A stretch of DNA of 64,000 nucleotides from positions 37,981 through 101,980 of the forward strand of contig JBGQNO010000001.1 in the NCBI GenBank assembly GCA_041501125.1. The letters run 5' to 3'. The notes under the pieces were generated by a model. That model made no database searches. It was not told where the DNA came from and was given only the letters and a program-made list of their open reading frames with translations. Made by a program: the position numbers and the translations under genes. The stretch's first letter is position 1. Each line of letters begins with the position of its first letter. Positions 1 to 9,916 of this stretch are shown one piece after another. The DNA comes from Candidatus Nanoarchaeia archaeon (GTDB lineage: Archaea > Nanobdellota > Nanobdellia > Pacearchaeales > GW2011-AR1).

Positions 1-298
1 AACCCGCATCAAGATGTTTTGATGGCATCTTTGCCAAGAAAGCAGTCATCTCCTCCGCAGTAAAGCCATTAAGTATTCCGCCTTTCTTCTCTACCTCGCT
101 TGCAAGTTGCTTGTTGCTCCTTGTTTTTGTGCCTTTGAAAACCATGTGCTCAATCACGTGATGGATTCCTTTTTCCTTTTCTGTTTCAAACTCGCTGCCA
201 GAATTAATATTCACTGAAAGTGAAATTACTGGAATATTTCGCTTTTCAAACAGCACAGTTACTCCATTTTTCAGCACTCTTTTGTAAAATTCGGTCAT
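1..298 (-). CDS. M16 family zinc peptidase (insulinase-like), N-terminal part; CDS continues beyond the window start
   Basis: Reverse-strand translation from ATG (complement of 296-298) reads MTEFYKRVLKNGVTVLFEKRNIPVISLSVNINSGSEFETEKEKGIHHVIEHMVFKGTKT. It contains the inverted zincin HxxEH motif (HVIEH) of M16 peptidases. The frame is open to the window edge. Confidence 0.7.
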   Translation of the reverse strand, partial: MTEFYKRVLKNGVTVLFEKRNIPVISLSVNINSGSEFETEKEKGIHHVIEHMVFKGTKTRSNKQLASEVEKKGGILNGFTAEEMTAFLAKMPSKHLDAG

Positions 299-990
299 AT
301 TATTCTTGTTATTTTTATGAAATGTCGGTATTTATCCTCACTGTATACATCAAACTCTATTTTTATTTCTTTGCTAAACTCTGGCATCCACAAAACCGCA
401 CTTTCTGCCTCTCCGCCTTCAAAGTCCAGCCTGAATTTGTATTTCTCAGACAATTTCTTCAGTTTGTCAAATTTCTTTTTAATTATAACTTTCCCGATGA
501 ATTCCTTAGGAATGCCTTCGCATGCAATTTTAGTTATTACAACTTCAAATTTCTCATCTAGCAACTCTCGCCAGAGCTGCTCAGCACTATAATTCCATAA
601 TGGCGCAAATACTCCTAACTCGAGCTCATTTGCAAGACTGTTTATTCTTGTTCCTTGATAACTGCTTGCAATTCCTCCAATTACAATTGTATCAAATTTA
701 TACTTCTTTTTTGCACCAGCCAGCAATGCCTTCATGTCATCTAACTCTTCTGACTCATTTCTTGCCCGTGTTTTTCTTGTCATTAACTCAATTCCAAGCA
801 TATCTGCCTGCTTTTTCAATAGTTTTTCATCTGGAGTATGAAACATCATGCTGTCCATGCTGTCTGGAATAATTGAAAGCAGCACGCTAATCTTCATTCC
901 ATTCTTTATTGCCTTGTGCAAAGCTAAGCACGAGTCCTTGCCCCCTGAAAATAAAACTCCATAATTTGCCATGTCAAAGAGAAGAAACAT
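295..990 (-). CDS. Diphthine-ammonia ligase-like PP-loop ATPase (Dph6/MJ0570 family)
   Basis: 231 aa. N-terminal SGGKDS PP-loop motif (FSGGKDSCLA). Size and motif are typical of the archaeal MJ0570/Dph6 N-type ATP pyrophosphatase family. Confidence 0.65.
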   Translation of the reverse strand: MFLLFDMANYGVLFSGGKDSCLALHKAIKNGMKISVLLSIIPDSMDSMMFHTPDEKLLKKQADMLGIELMTRKTRARNESEELDDMKALLAGAKKKYKFDTIVIGGIASSYQGTRINSLANELELGVFAPLWNYSAEQLWRELLDEKFEVVITKIACEGIPKEFIGKVIIKKKFDKLKKLSEKYKFRLDFEGGEAESAVLWMPEFSKEIKIEFDVYSEDKYRHFIKITRII

Positions 991-1022
991 AGCTTTTTAA
1001 AATTTAATAGCCTCAAAATTTT

Positions 1023-1934
1023 ATGGCAACCAACGCATCTTTAGAGTATACTCTTGCAGAAAAGCGCTATGATGCAGCCAAGACTGATGAGGAGAAGCTT
1101 GCAGCCTTAGAAGAGATGATAAGCCTGATGCCCAAGCATAAAAGCGCTGAGAATCTCAGAGCAAATCTGCGGCAAAGATACAAAAAATTCAAGGAGAATC
1201 TTGAAGTTAAAAAGAAAAAAGGCAAAAAGTCTGGCAAGCCTGGAATAAAGAAGCACGAGTTGCAGGCAGTCATTGTCGGCTTGACACAATCAGGCAAGTC
1301 CTCGCTTCTTGAAGCACTAACAAATTTCAAGCCTACGATTTCTCCTATTCCTTACACAACTAAAACAATAAATTTAGGCATGATGTTATATGAAGGCGTT
1401 CAAATACAAATAGTTGACCAGCCTGCAATTGATTCTGAAAACTTTGACCAGGGAGTTGCAAATGGTGCAGACGTTTTGCTGGTAACAATTACAACACCTG
1501 CGGAGATAAATGAGATTTCCTCATTTCTTAAGCGGGCAATGGGCGAAAGAATAATTGTCCTGAACAAAATCGATTTGCTTGATGAAAACGAAAAAAGAAA
1601 GCTTTCTGCATTCATGCAGTCAAAAAAGCATAATTTTGTTATGACATCTTGCAAGACAAATGAAGGGCTTGCAGAGCTGAAAGAAAAAATTTTCAAAAGC
1701 TTCGGCAAAATACGAATTTATACAAAAGAGCCAAGAAAGCCTTCAAGCAGCATGCCAATGATACTGCCCAGAAATGCAACTGTAAAGGACGTCGCTGAAA
1801 AAATCCATGCAGGTTTCTCAGAAAAAGTCAAAGAAACGCGAGTTACAGGGCCATCAAGCAAATTTCCAAACCAAAAAGTCGGACTAGAGCATGTTTTGAA
1901 AGACAAGGATATTATAGAATTTTATTTTGATTAA
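1023..1934 (+). CDS. DRG/Obg-family GTP-binding protein with C-terminal TGS domain
   Basis: 303 aa. P-loop GLTQSGKSS, NKxD motif (VLNKID), C-terminal TGS-like segment (IRIYTKEP...VTGPSS). The G3 motif is degenerate (DQPA). Confidence 0.55.
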   Translation: MATNASLEYTLAEKRYDAAKTDEEKLAALEEMISLMPKHKSAENLRANLRQRYKKFKENLEVKKKKGKKSGKPGIKKHELQAVIVGLTQSGKSSLLEALTNFKPTISPIPYTTKTINLGMMLYEGVQIQIVDQPAIDSENFDQGVANGADVLLVTITTPAEINEISSFLKRAMGERIIVLNKIDLLDENEKRKLSAFMQSKKHNFVMTSCKTNEGLAELKEKIFKSFGKIRIYTKEPRKPSSSMPMILPRNATVKDVAEKIHAGFSEKVKETRVTGPSSKFPNQKVGLEHVLKDKDIIEFYFD

Positions 1935-2223
1935 CATGCCAAAAAATAAATCTCTTAAGCTTTGTCTGGCAGCGTCGATATTTTTGACACTTCTTCTTTT
2001 CATTATCTTCAGGAACATTTCACCTGTTGAACTCAAATCAGTCTCTGAGCTGGACAAATTAAATGGCAAGTACATCAAAGTTGACGGAGAAATTAAGAAC
2101 TACCATCTTCTTTTTGGAAATTCAAGCATTGAGCTTTATGGATGGAATCTTCCAACAGGAAGGCTTACAGTTTACGGAATTTATGAAAACAGCAAGTTAG
2201 AAGTTTTCAGGATAGAAAAATGA
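1927..2223 (+). CDS. Hypothetical small secreted/membrane-anchored protein
   Basis: 98 aa ORF with N-terminal hydrophobic signal/TM segment (LCLAASIFLTLLLFIIF). Overlaps the preceding gene end by 8 nt. Confidence 0.35.
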   Translation: MINMPKNKSLKLCLAASIFLTLLLFIIFRNISPVELKSVSELDKLNGKYIKVDGEIKNYHLLFGNSSIELYGWNLPTGRLTVYGIYENSKLEVFRIEK

Positions 2224-2259
2224 ATCAAATATTTTATTACTTACTCTGCGTCTCAAAAG

Positions 2260-4896
2260 TTATCTGGAATAATGATGTCTTTCTTGTGATTTTTTCCTTA
2301 TAATCAAGACAACTACAATTGCGATTATTAAAACAGCAATTACAGCAATAATAATATATTTTGTCATGTTTGCTTTTGAGACTGCTTCTGGCGCGCCTGG
2401 CGTTGGCTGCGCTTCTGGCGCAGCAGACACAGGCACAGCCTGCATTCCTTTGATTGTGACATTTGCCTTGCTATTTGCTATTCCATTAAGCTTGATATAG
2501 ACATCATAGTAGTTGTCAGCATTAACATCAACTTTCCATTCATCTCCGATTGAAAGTGTCTTTTGTTGTGGAATACTTGAAACATTTATTGTAGCAGTCT
2601 TATTTGTCAGTTTGAATATGCCTACAGTATGCAATGTATTGTTTAGCTTGAATTCAAATCTCCATTTCTCTGCAAGCTCTTTTGTATATCCATCCTTGAA
2701 GCTTGCATCATTCGCAAAGAATGTTGCTATCCAGAATTCGCCACCGCCAGCAGCACCTCCACCTCCTCCAGCTCCACCTGTTGTTGTGCCTCCTGTAGAT
2801 GCTACAGATGTTGTGAAGTTATAAGTGCCATTAGTTGCGCAGTTTCCAGCCTGGTCGCATACAGTTGCATTGTAATAATAAAGAGTGCTTGCACTTAATC
2901 CGCTGATATCAACGCTTCCGCTGGGAGCGTAAGAGCTTGAAGTGGCAGATGAACCAAGCGAAGCTGATGTCCCGTAAGTTACATTAATGTTCACTGACTC
3001 ATTTGAAGTATATGAAATTGTTGCTCCGCTTGAAGACACTGATGAAATTACATTGGGCACAGCAGGAGCCTGTCTATCTACTGTAAAATTTGTTGTCACA
3101 CTGTTATTTAAGTTTCCAAGAGTATCATTGCAATAATATCTTGCGAGATAATTGCCTTCGGCTATAGAACTTGTGCAATTGAAATTATCGCCTAATTTAG
3201 TCATCGTGGCATTATTACTTCCATTGTTTAGAGTCATCCAGCATGCAGCAGAGTTTGCTACATCAGTAGAGTTTATATTAAACATTATGCTGACAGAATT
3301 TGTATAGGCTGACGATGGTGAAATTACAGTTACTTCCGGACCAACTGTATCAATAACAATGTCTGCCACTGATTGATTTGTATACTCGTTTCTGTTGTTT
3401 GAAGTGTCATAAGCTATAATCCACAAACCCGTCCCTTGCACTTGCCCCGCAGTTATGTAAGAAGAAACATCAATCAATCCATCCCACAATCCTGTTAAAT
3501 TATTATAAGACAGGTTAGAATAACAGTTACTTGGCTCGCAACTGCCATTGTTGATTCCATGTAAATCTGCCTGCACTAAACTTACATTTTGATCATCTGT
3601 AACATTTGCACTGATATTGATTACATTGTCAGAAAATGAAAAGAAGTTGTCTGGATTGTTTATTATTACATTATTTACAACCGGCAATTCATTGTCCACA
3701 TAAATATTCCATGACCTCATACTGCCCCACCAGTAATCATTAGCAGAAAAGGCAAATTGATAATTTCCAGAAGGCATATCTTGCGTCAAATTAACATTTC
3801 TCAAATCCCCTGGGTTATAAAGAGTTCTTGGTGTTAAATTATTCTGAGACCAGTTTCCTGTCTCAAAGTTAAAAGAATCTTTTTGTGGAACAAATTTACT
3901 TGCCCCAGAATGTATCAAACTAGTACTAATATTACATCCACTTTCATTGCACCAATCATCTCTTACTAAACCAAGCAGTCTTCCTGTCCAGATACTTCCT
4001 GTAAAGTTTGAAACATTATAAACAAGATGCCATCTCCATTCTCGGCATGATGGCATCATGCCTTCGCAAGTTTCATAACATGAATAATTACTTCCTGTTT
4101 CATTCTCATCAAAACATCCTGGAACAGAAACATAACTTGTTTTGTTATTTAAATTAAAATTGAAAACATAGTGCGCAGAAACATTTTCTCCATTAATGGA
4201 ATACTTCTCTGCATGCCATGTTTTATTAAACATCCCGCTTCTTGATTGATTGCAATTATCGCTGTCGTTTTCATTGCAGTGCTGTCCCCATTCTATAACT
4301 GTGTTATTGCCATTGTCCAGAACGTATACTCTAACATCTCGTAAATAAGTGTCTAAAATGTTTACTCTTGCATTCCATTGTTTCATAGAATAAAGACCGC
4401 CCATATTGCTTGTTTCTAAAGTTAATGTTGCATTCGGATTAATGAAAGGAGGAACATTATCAATCAAAATATTGCTAATATTGCTTTCATTGGAGTTGCC
4501 TGCTGTGTCATACGCAATTAATTGCAAAGAATAATTCCAGCATTCAGAATCAGGACAAGAGACATTAGTATCCCATGTACAAAGATAATCCTGATTAATA
4601 TTGTTTCCGCTGGCATCGAAACAAGCTGCATTCACAAATCCGCCAGTTTTATTATAAACATTAATGCTCCAATTTGCTAAGTTTCCTGCTGAAGCATTTA
4701 CAGTTCCGCCAATGTCAATAGTACTTCCGCCAACAACAGTCATGTTTGTTCCATTAATTTCATTTATCTTAACGTTGCCTTCTCCAATAACGACTTCAAA
4801 AGGAGTGGCTACTGCAAGAACAAAAGATATCACAATAAGAGACAAGAATATTAAGACTGCACCTAGAAATAAAACCGATTTTGCTTTTTTATTCAT
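2260..4896 (-). CDS. Large cell-surface glycoprotein (S-layer/adhesin-like). N-terminal signal/TM, dozens of N-x-S/T sequons, poly-Gly/Thr linker, C-terminal TM anchor with basic tail
   Basis: 878 aa ORF. N-terminal hydrophobic segment (VLFLGAVLIFLSLIVISFVLA). Extreme Asn/Ser/Thr richness with more than 50 N-x-S/T sequons. Internal GGTTTGGAGGGGGAAGGG linker. Pro/Ala/Glu-rich stalk (APEAQPTPGAPEA) followed by a C-terminal TM helix (YIIIAVIAVLIIAIVVVLII) and RKKSQERHH tail. Confidence 0.7.
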   Translation of the reverse strand: MNKKAKSVLFLGAVLIFLSLIVISFVLAVATPFEVVIGEGNVKINEINGTNMTVVGGSTIDIGGTVNASAGNLANWSINVYNKTGGFVNAACFDASGNNINQDYLCTWDTNVSCPDSECWNYSLQLIAYDTAGNSNESNISNILIDNVPPFINPNATLTLETSNMGGLYSMKQWNARVNILDTYLRDVRVYVLDNGNNTVIEWGQHCNENDSDNCNQSRSGMFNKTWHAEKYSINGENVSAHYVFNFNLNNKTSYVSVPGCFDENETGSNYSCYETCEGMMPSCREWRWHLVYNVSNFTGSIWTGRLLGLVRDDWCNESGCNISTSLIHSGASKFVPQKDSFNFETGNWSQNNLTPRTLYNPGDLRNVNLTQDMPSGNYQFAFSANDYWWGSMRSWNIYVDNELPVVNNVIINNPDNFFSFSDNVINISANVTDDQNVSLVQADLHGINNGSCEPSNCYSNLSYNNLTGLWDGLIDVSSYITAGQVQGTGLWIIAYDTSNNRNEYTNQSVADIVIDTVGPEVTVISPSSAYTNSVSIMFNINSTDVANSAACWMTLNNGSNNATMTKLGDNFNCTSSIAEGNYLARYYCNDTLGNLNNSVTTNFTVDRQAPAVPNVISSVSSSGATISYTSNESVNINVTYGTSASLGSSATSSSYAPSGSVDISGLSASTLYYYNATVCDQAGNCATNGTYNFTTSVASTGGTTTGGAGGGGGAAGGGEFWIATFFANDASFKDGYTKELAEKWRFEFKLNNTLHTVGIFKLTNKTATINVSSIPQQKTLSIGDEWKVDVNADNYYDVYIKLNGIANSKANVTIKGMQAVPVSAAPEAQPTPGAPEAVSKANMTKYIIIAVIAVLIIAIVVVLIIRKKSQERHHYSR

Positions 4897-4995
4897 CTCT
4901 TTTCTCGCACCTCATTTTACCCTGCTAATAGTAACAAAAAGCTGCTTATAAATATTACCAAAAACAATTTACCAAAGAAAAAAATATAAACAACT

Positions 4996-6189
4996 TTGCC
5001 AGATACTTGTATGCTGCTGGAAATAACACTCGCAATTCTTCTCGGCACTTTACTTGGAACTTTTACAGGCCTCACTCCCGGCATCCACATAAACCTTGTC
5101 TCAGTTTTGCTTGTCGCATTTATTCCGCAATTCTCAATATTTCTTATAGTAATGATTGTTGCAATGTCAATCACCCACACATTTCTTGATTTTATTCCTT
5201 CAATCTATTTGGGAAGTCCGGATGAAGATACTGGATTAAGCATCCTGCCTGGACATCGTCTTTTGCTCGACGGCAAAGGACACTCTGCAGTCATGCTCAC
5301 AGTTTATGGCGGAATACTTGGACTTGGAATTATTTTCCTGTTCGCGCCGTTTATAGTCCATGTTCTTCCGAACCTTTACCCTAAAATTGTTCCATACATG
5401 TTTTATATTTTGCTTGCTGCAGTTTTCCTCCTTGTCTGGAAAGAAGAGCATTCGCGCTGGTGGGCAATTCTTATTTTTGCCTTGACTGGAATTCTTGGTT
5501 TGATAACCTTGAATCTTCCATTAAAAGACCCTTTGTTTCCTCTGCTCACAGGCTTGTTTGGTGCATCTTCTCTTGTAACTTCAATAGCAAAGAAACAGAA
5601 AATTCCAAAACAAAAGTTTGCAGAAGAAAAAATTGAAAACAGGACTCTTGTCAAGACAGGCTTGCTGTCAGCAATTGCCTCTCCAATATGCAGTTTTCTT
5701 CCATCCCTCGGCTCTGGGCAGGCAGCTGTCCTCGGCTCAGGCATTAGAAAACTTGACACAAAAGAATTTCTTGTCCTGCTCGGCTCAATTAACACAGTTG
5801 TCATAGGACTTTCTTTTTATGCTGCATACTCAATCCACAAGGCACGGACAGGAGTTGCAGCAGCAGTCATGACTCAGGCTTTTCCACAAAACTATGTTTA
5901 TCTTATAACCCTTGCAATTCTGTTCTCAGGAATTATTGCAGCATTCCTTGCATCAAGAATTTCAAAACTTTTTGCCAGAAACATCAATAAAATAAATTAC
6001 AGCATACTCTCGGTGATAATCCTTGGATTTTTGACGCTTCTTGTTACAATTTTCTCAGGCTGGCTTGGATTTCTCGTTTACCTGGCAGCGACATTCACTG
6101 GACTTGTAACAATACTTTCAGGAATCCGCAGAACGCACATGATGGGCTCTTTGATGTTGCCCTCAATTCTTTTCTATCTGCCGATATAA
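4996..6189 (+). CDS. Polytopic membrane protein, TctA/DUF112-like family
   Basis: 397 aa, about 10 predicted TM helices. Duplicated G-rich motifs GLTPGIH and SLGSGQAAVLGSG resemble the two DUF112 repeats of TctA-family transporters. Confidence 0.45.
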   Translation: MPDTCMLLEITLAILLGTLLGTFTGLTPGIHINLVSVLLVAFIPQFSIFLIVMIVAMSITHTFLDFIPSIYLGSPDEDTGLSILPGHRLLLDGKGHSAVMLTVYGGILGLGIIFLFAPFIVHVLPNLYPKIVPYMFYILLAAVFLLVWKEEHSRWWAILIFALTGILGLITLNLPLKDPLFPLLTGLFGASSLVTSIAKKQKIPKQKFAEEKIENRTLVKTGLLSAIASPICSFLPSLGSGQAAVLGSGIRKLDTKEFLVLLGSINTVVIGLSFYAAYSIHKARTGVAAAVMTQAFPQNYVYLITLAILFSGIIAAFLASRISKLFARNINKINYSILSVIILGFLTLLVTIFSGWLGFLVYLAATFTGLVTILSGIRRTHMMGSLMLPSILFYLPI

Positions 6190-6214
6190 GTTTAAAATAA
6201 AAAAGAAAAAAGAT

Positions 6215-6412
6215 TTATTTTTTCTGCTGTTTCATCAGTTTTGAAACAATCCATATCCACAGATATGCCTGTGCAAGAATAACCACTGCGCTTAATAACA
6301 CGCTAGACATGCTTATAGCATAGTAATTCTTGATGGTCATATACAACGATGCCAGATATGCAAGCAGAAGAATGCCTAAAGAAACAATCGCAATCGTATT
6401 CCATGCTTTCAT
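6215..6412 (-). CDS. Small membrane protein (2 TM)
   Basis: 65 aa hydrophobic ORF, convergent with the upstream gene. No recognisable family. Confidence 0.3.
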   Translation of the reverse strand: MKAWNTIAIVSLGILLLAYLASLYMTIKNYYAISMSSVLLSAVVILAQAYLWIWIVSKLMKQQKK

Positions 6413-6456
6413 AAATATAAAAGAACAAAGCAGTATTTAAATTTATCAAAAAATGG

Positions 6457-9400
6457 TTAAAACCATTTTTTTAAGTCTTGCTGCTTTTCTTTCTCCTTGC
6501 CGAAAATGCTTTCAATATAGCTTTTTGTAAGTTCAAGGTTTTGCGTGAGATACTCAGTAACCTGGTATTTCTGCGCGAGCTGCAAAGCAGGCTCAAGATA
6601 TTTTACAATGCTTCCTTCTGAAATTGTAAATATTATGTTTCCTCCGCACTCAAGACACTTGCCCAAAAGCGGCGGCCTTCTGTATTTCTGGTTGCACTTG
6701 CTGCATCTGAATTCCTGCTGCGAGAATTTTCTCAAGTTTCCTCTTATGTCTCTGATAAAATGTCTGTCAATTACAAGTCTTGCCACATCATTTGCGTCTA
6801 CAGCTCTTAATTTCTCAGCAAGTTCCATTTGTTTCTGAACCTTGTCTCGCATTGTCACAAGCCTCTTGTAATTTGAACACAAAACTCCGTGATTAATATC
6901 ACTTGTTTCATACTCATACCATAAATTAGTAAATTCTTCTTTGCCAACTCTTGATTTTATCTGCTCAATAGAAATCTTTGACGGATGCTCTCCAGCTCTT
7001 GCCTTCTCATAAAGTTCTAGTGGCAGCTCTCGCACAATATCAACATCAAATATCATGTCATCAACTTCTCCTGCTCTTATTCTGGCATTTAATACAAGCG
7101 GCGCATCCTGCGTTCCACCACGATGCGCAGGCAAAAACTCCCTTGAAAAATTTAGCAGCATGTCAAGCAGCAGCATAAATCCTGCTTCATCACCGTCGCA
7201 ATCACGCCTCATTGCAGCATGCATATACGGACTTGCCACAAATGCCTGGCTCTTGCTGAATCCAATTATCCTGCCAACAACACTCGCGCAATTATGCGGT
7301 GCAATGCAGGAAATCAAATGTCCTATCAAGTCCTCCCTGCCTTTGACTCGGTAAAAAGGCTCCAGTCCGTACAATCTCACTAATAAAGAATCAACAAACC
7401 CTGCTATTCTCACAAACACATCATCCGCTTTCTCATCCCCAGAAACCGGGCATGCTGGTAAAATAACATCATGCGGAAAAATTTCAAGTATCTGCTCCTC
7501 ATTATCAAGTTCATTGCCATTGACGTCCTTTGTATAGCCCAGTTCCCTAAGCTTTGCAACACTCGCTGAAACTTCCTTTGGCTTAAAATGAGTCAGTGGA
7601 AGCTCTGTAGCATCAAATCTTATTGTGCCATCCTTGTTTACCTGCAGTTTGAACATTGTTCTCAAGATTCCCTTGGCAAGATTTTCCAAAGCATGATTTT
7701 TATTCGAAGTTCCGCGAACACCTTTAATCAAGCTTGGAATTTCTTCAGGTGTTAAGTCCAAGGACTTGATAGCAGAATTAAAATAATGCTTAATATCTAC
7801 TTTCTTAGACATGTAATTCTGTCCTTGATTATGTACATTGCATTTTTCACCAGCCATTGTGGTTCTGCATTCAGGACAGAAATATATTCTCCTGCATTCG
7901 CTCTTGCAACTCTCACATCTCTTGTAAACAGTTTCCTTTTTGCATGCTTCACAATAAAACAATGGAAAGTCTGCCTTAACAAAACCTTTTTCGCATGCTT
8001 CGTTCAGACTTCTCAGTCTTCCACCTTCTTCTCCGACAGGAAATAAGACATTAGGACTTCCAACAAGTTTTCTCAGCTTAGCTTTCTCAGGCCTTCCCAT
8101 CCTCGAGCCAATGAATGTTCCTGCCTTGTCTCTTATCTGAATGCCTGCAAGCTTATTAATAATTGACAATACCTTTTTGTCCTCTTCTGAATTTACAATT
8201 TTCATTATCCTGTCAATCTCCTGCTCTAAATTCTCGCTTTCAATTCCTAAGCTAAAAAGCAATGCCTGACTGCTTTCAATATCTGATAAAACATTCTCAG
8301 TAGTCACTTCATGTGGAACGCCAAGAATTTCCAAAGCTCTCTTGCCTTTGAGAAATCTCTCGCTTTCTGTTTTGTTGTATGGAAAAAGTATTTTCTTCTC
8401 AAAAATGTTTGAATGCGCAAGCCAGTCAAGCAAAGAAATCAAGTCGTCATATGAAATTTGCGTCCAGAAGAAAGTATGCTTTGGATGCAATGGTGTTCCT
8501 GTTTGCTTGCTCAGACTTTTAGCGACAGTAAATGGAACATCGTATATGCTTTCCAGCTCAGACATTGTCTCACCCTTTGCATTTTTCTTTAACTCCAGAA
8601 ACCATTCCTGTTCTGTATAACCCGCAGGCACTAACACATGATTTCTGTTTGCAAAATCTCCAAAAGGAACTAACAAGTCTCCTGTATAAAGAATTTGTTC
8701 AACATCATCATAAATATTTCTTGCAGTGTCAGCATCCTGTATTCTGCGCACAGAACCATTATATAATTTAACAATCGGTCCTTCAATACTGTCGCAAGAC
8801 ACAATAGCCGCACCCTTTGTTGGAAGCTCAATTTTTATCTGTGTGCCTATGCCAATAAATCCTCCAAGCATGTGCATTGTCGCAGGATGAACAGCCAGAC
8901 AGCTGTAACCAGTATTTCTTGCTCTTCCATATCTTAATCTGAATGCTCCTGCAGCAGACGGATGCCCTAAAACTGGCCTGCCAGCAACTAAATCTTTGAT
9001 AAATGTCGGACTTTCGTTTGCTTTTCCTTTTTCCCTCTTTTCATGAAGTTTATTATACTCTTCAAGGAAACTCCAGTCAGTAAGCTTAAACCCCTTCTCT
9101 CTTAATTTTTTAATCATTCTTTGTATTTTCGGTGCTTTCTGCGCAAGCCCTTCTGCAAAAACAAGGCAGAATCCTCCTCTGATCATGTTTGTTTCAATTC
9201 TTTGAACATCTTTGTAATTGCTGACTTCTCGCTGCTCGCTCGCATCTCCAGTAACCTGCACTGGAATATTTTTCGCAAGAAAAATTGCTTCTTCTTCTGT
9301 AGGCAGATATTGCAAATTATTGACTTTTTCGTGATAATCAAACATTTCAGTCACCATTCTTTTCACTTCTATTTCTGTTGGGTCATATTTTGCATATCCC

Positions 9401-9915
9401 AAAGTCTCTCGCAGATAATCTGCAATGACAAGTGAAAAAGCTGCGCCTGTTCCTCCCGCACTTCTTATCGGCCCAGAATAATAAATCATAAAATATTCTT
9501 TATTGTCCATTGTTTTGCCAAGTTTAAATTCTGTAAAACCCTCAATTGGCGACGACACAACTCCAAGAGTGATGTATGCCATTCCAACCCGTATTCCAGC
9601 ATCAATTCCTTCATGCAGGCTGCGGAATTTGCAGAATTTTTCTTTTGCAATCTCTTCTGCAATTATCAAGCAGATAGCAGGATCAAGATTTCCATACTGC
9701 TTTTCAAGTTCAAGAATCCTGTTCACAAGTTGCGGATTATTCAACTGCGGATAAACCGCAGATATAAGTCCGGCAACCCTTCCAGCAAGGCTTGTTGCCA
9801 GAGGTATTTCTACTTTATCAATAGGGTCAAGTCCTTTTTGCCTTGCAGCCTCGGCTACAACATAGCTTTTTTTAACCTGCTCTTCAAGCTCCTTGAAATA
9901 TTGGTCGATTTTCAT
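6457..9915 (-). CDS. polC: DNA polymerase D (PolD, DNA polymerase II) large catalytic subunit DP2
   Basis: 1152 aa. Cys4 zinc-finger clusters (CEACKKETVYKRCESCKSECRRIYFCPECR; CSKCNQKYRRPPLLGKCLECGG). Catalytic MRRDCDGDE-type motif. Adjacent to DP1 and orc1/cdc6. The length argues against an intein. Confidence 0.92.
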   Translation of the reverse strand: MKIDQYFKELEEQVKKSYVVAEAARQKGLDPIDKVEIPLATSLAGRVAGLISAVYPQLNNPQLVNRILELEKQYGNLDPAICLIIAEEIAKEKFCKFRSLHEGIDAGIRVGMAYITLGVVSSPIEGFTEFKLGKTMDNKEYFMIYYSGPIRSAGGTGAAFSLVIADYLRETLGYAKYDPTEIEVKRMVTEMFDYHEKVNNLQYLPTEEEAIFLAKNIPVQVTGDASEQREVSNYKDVQRIETNMIRGGFCLVFAEGLAQKAPKIQRMIKKLREKGFKLTDWSFLEEYNKLHEKREKGKANESPTFIKDLVAGRPVLGHPSAAGAFRLRYGRARNTGYSCLAVHPATMHMLGGFIGIGTQIKIELPTKGAAIVSCDSIEGPIVKLYNGSVRRIQDADTARNIYDDVEQILYTGDLLVPFGDFANRNHVLVPAGYTEQEWFLELKKNAKGETMSELESIYDVPFTVAKSLSKQTGTPLHPKHTFFWTQISYDDLISLLDWLAHSNIFEKKILFPYNKTESERFLKGKRALEILGVPHEVTTENVLSDIESSQALLFSLGIESENLEQEIDRIMKIVNSEEDKKVLSIINKLAGIQIRDKAGTFIGSRMGRPEKAKLRKLVGSPNVLFPVGEEGGRLRSLNEACEKGFVKADFPLFYCEACKKETVYKRCESCKSECRRIYFCPECRTTMAGEKCNVHNQGQNYMSKKVDIKHYFNSAIKSLDLTPEEIPSLIKGVRGTSNKNHALENLAKGILRTMFKLQVNKDGTIRFDATELPLTHFKPKEVSASVAKLRELGYTKDVNGNELDNEEQILEIFPHDVILPACPVSGDEKADDVFVRIAGFVDSLLVRLYGLEPFYRVKGREDLIGHLISCIAPHNCASVVGRIIGFSKSQAFVASPYMHAAMRRDCDGDEAGFMLLLDMLLNFSREFLPAHRGGTQDAPLVLNARIRAGEVDDMIFDVDIVRELPLELYEKARAGEHPSKISIEQIKSRVGKEEFTNLWYEYETSDINHGVLCSNYKRLVTMRDKVQKQMELAEKLRAVDANDVARLVIDRHFIRDIRGNLRKFSQQEFRCSKCNQKYRRPPLLGKCLECGGNIIFTISEGSIVKYLEPALQLAQKYQVTEYLTQNLELTKSYIESIFGKEKEKQQDLKKWF

Positions 9916-9916
9916 T

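Noticed and set aside
2513-2824. 103-aa plus-strand ORF rich in Pro/Ala inside the surface glycoprotein gene
   Set aside because: Antisense to a strongly supported 878-aa CDS. Its proline run is the complement of the gene's Gly-rich linker. Shadow ORF.
6545-9754. Multiple plus-strand ORFs of 60-104 aa (e.g. 6545-6838, 7055-7354, 9121-9435) within the DP2 gene
   Set aside because: All lie antisense to the well-supported DP2 CDS and have no motifs. Typical AT-rich-genome shadow ORFs.
6457-9915. Possible intein in DP2, as is common in archaeal PolD genes
   Set aside because: A length of 1152 aa is typical for intein-free DP2, and no Hint-domain block (…TGDH…/…SHN) was seen.
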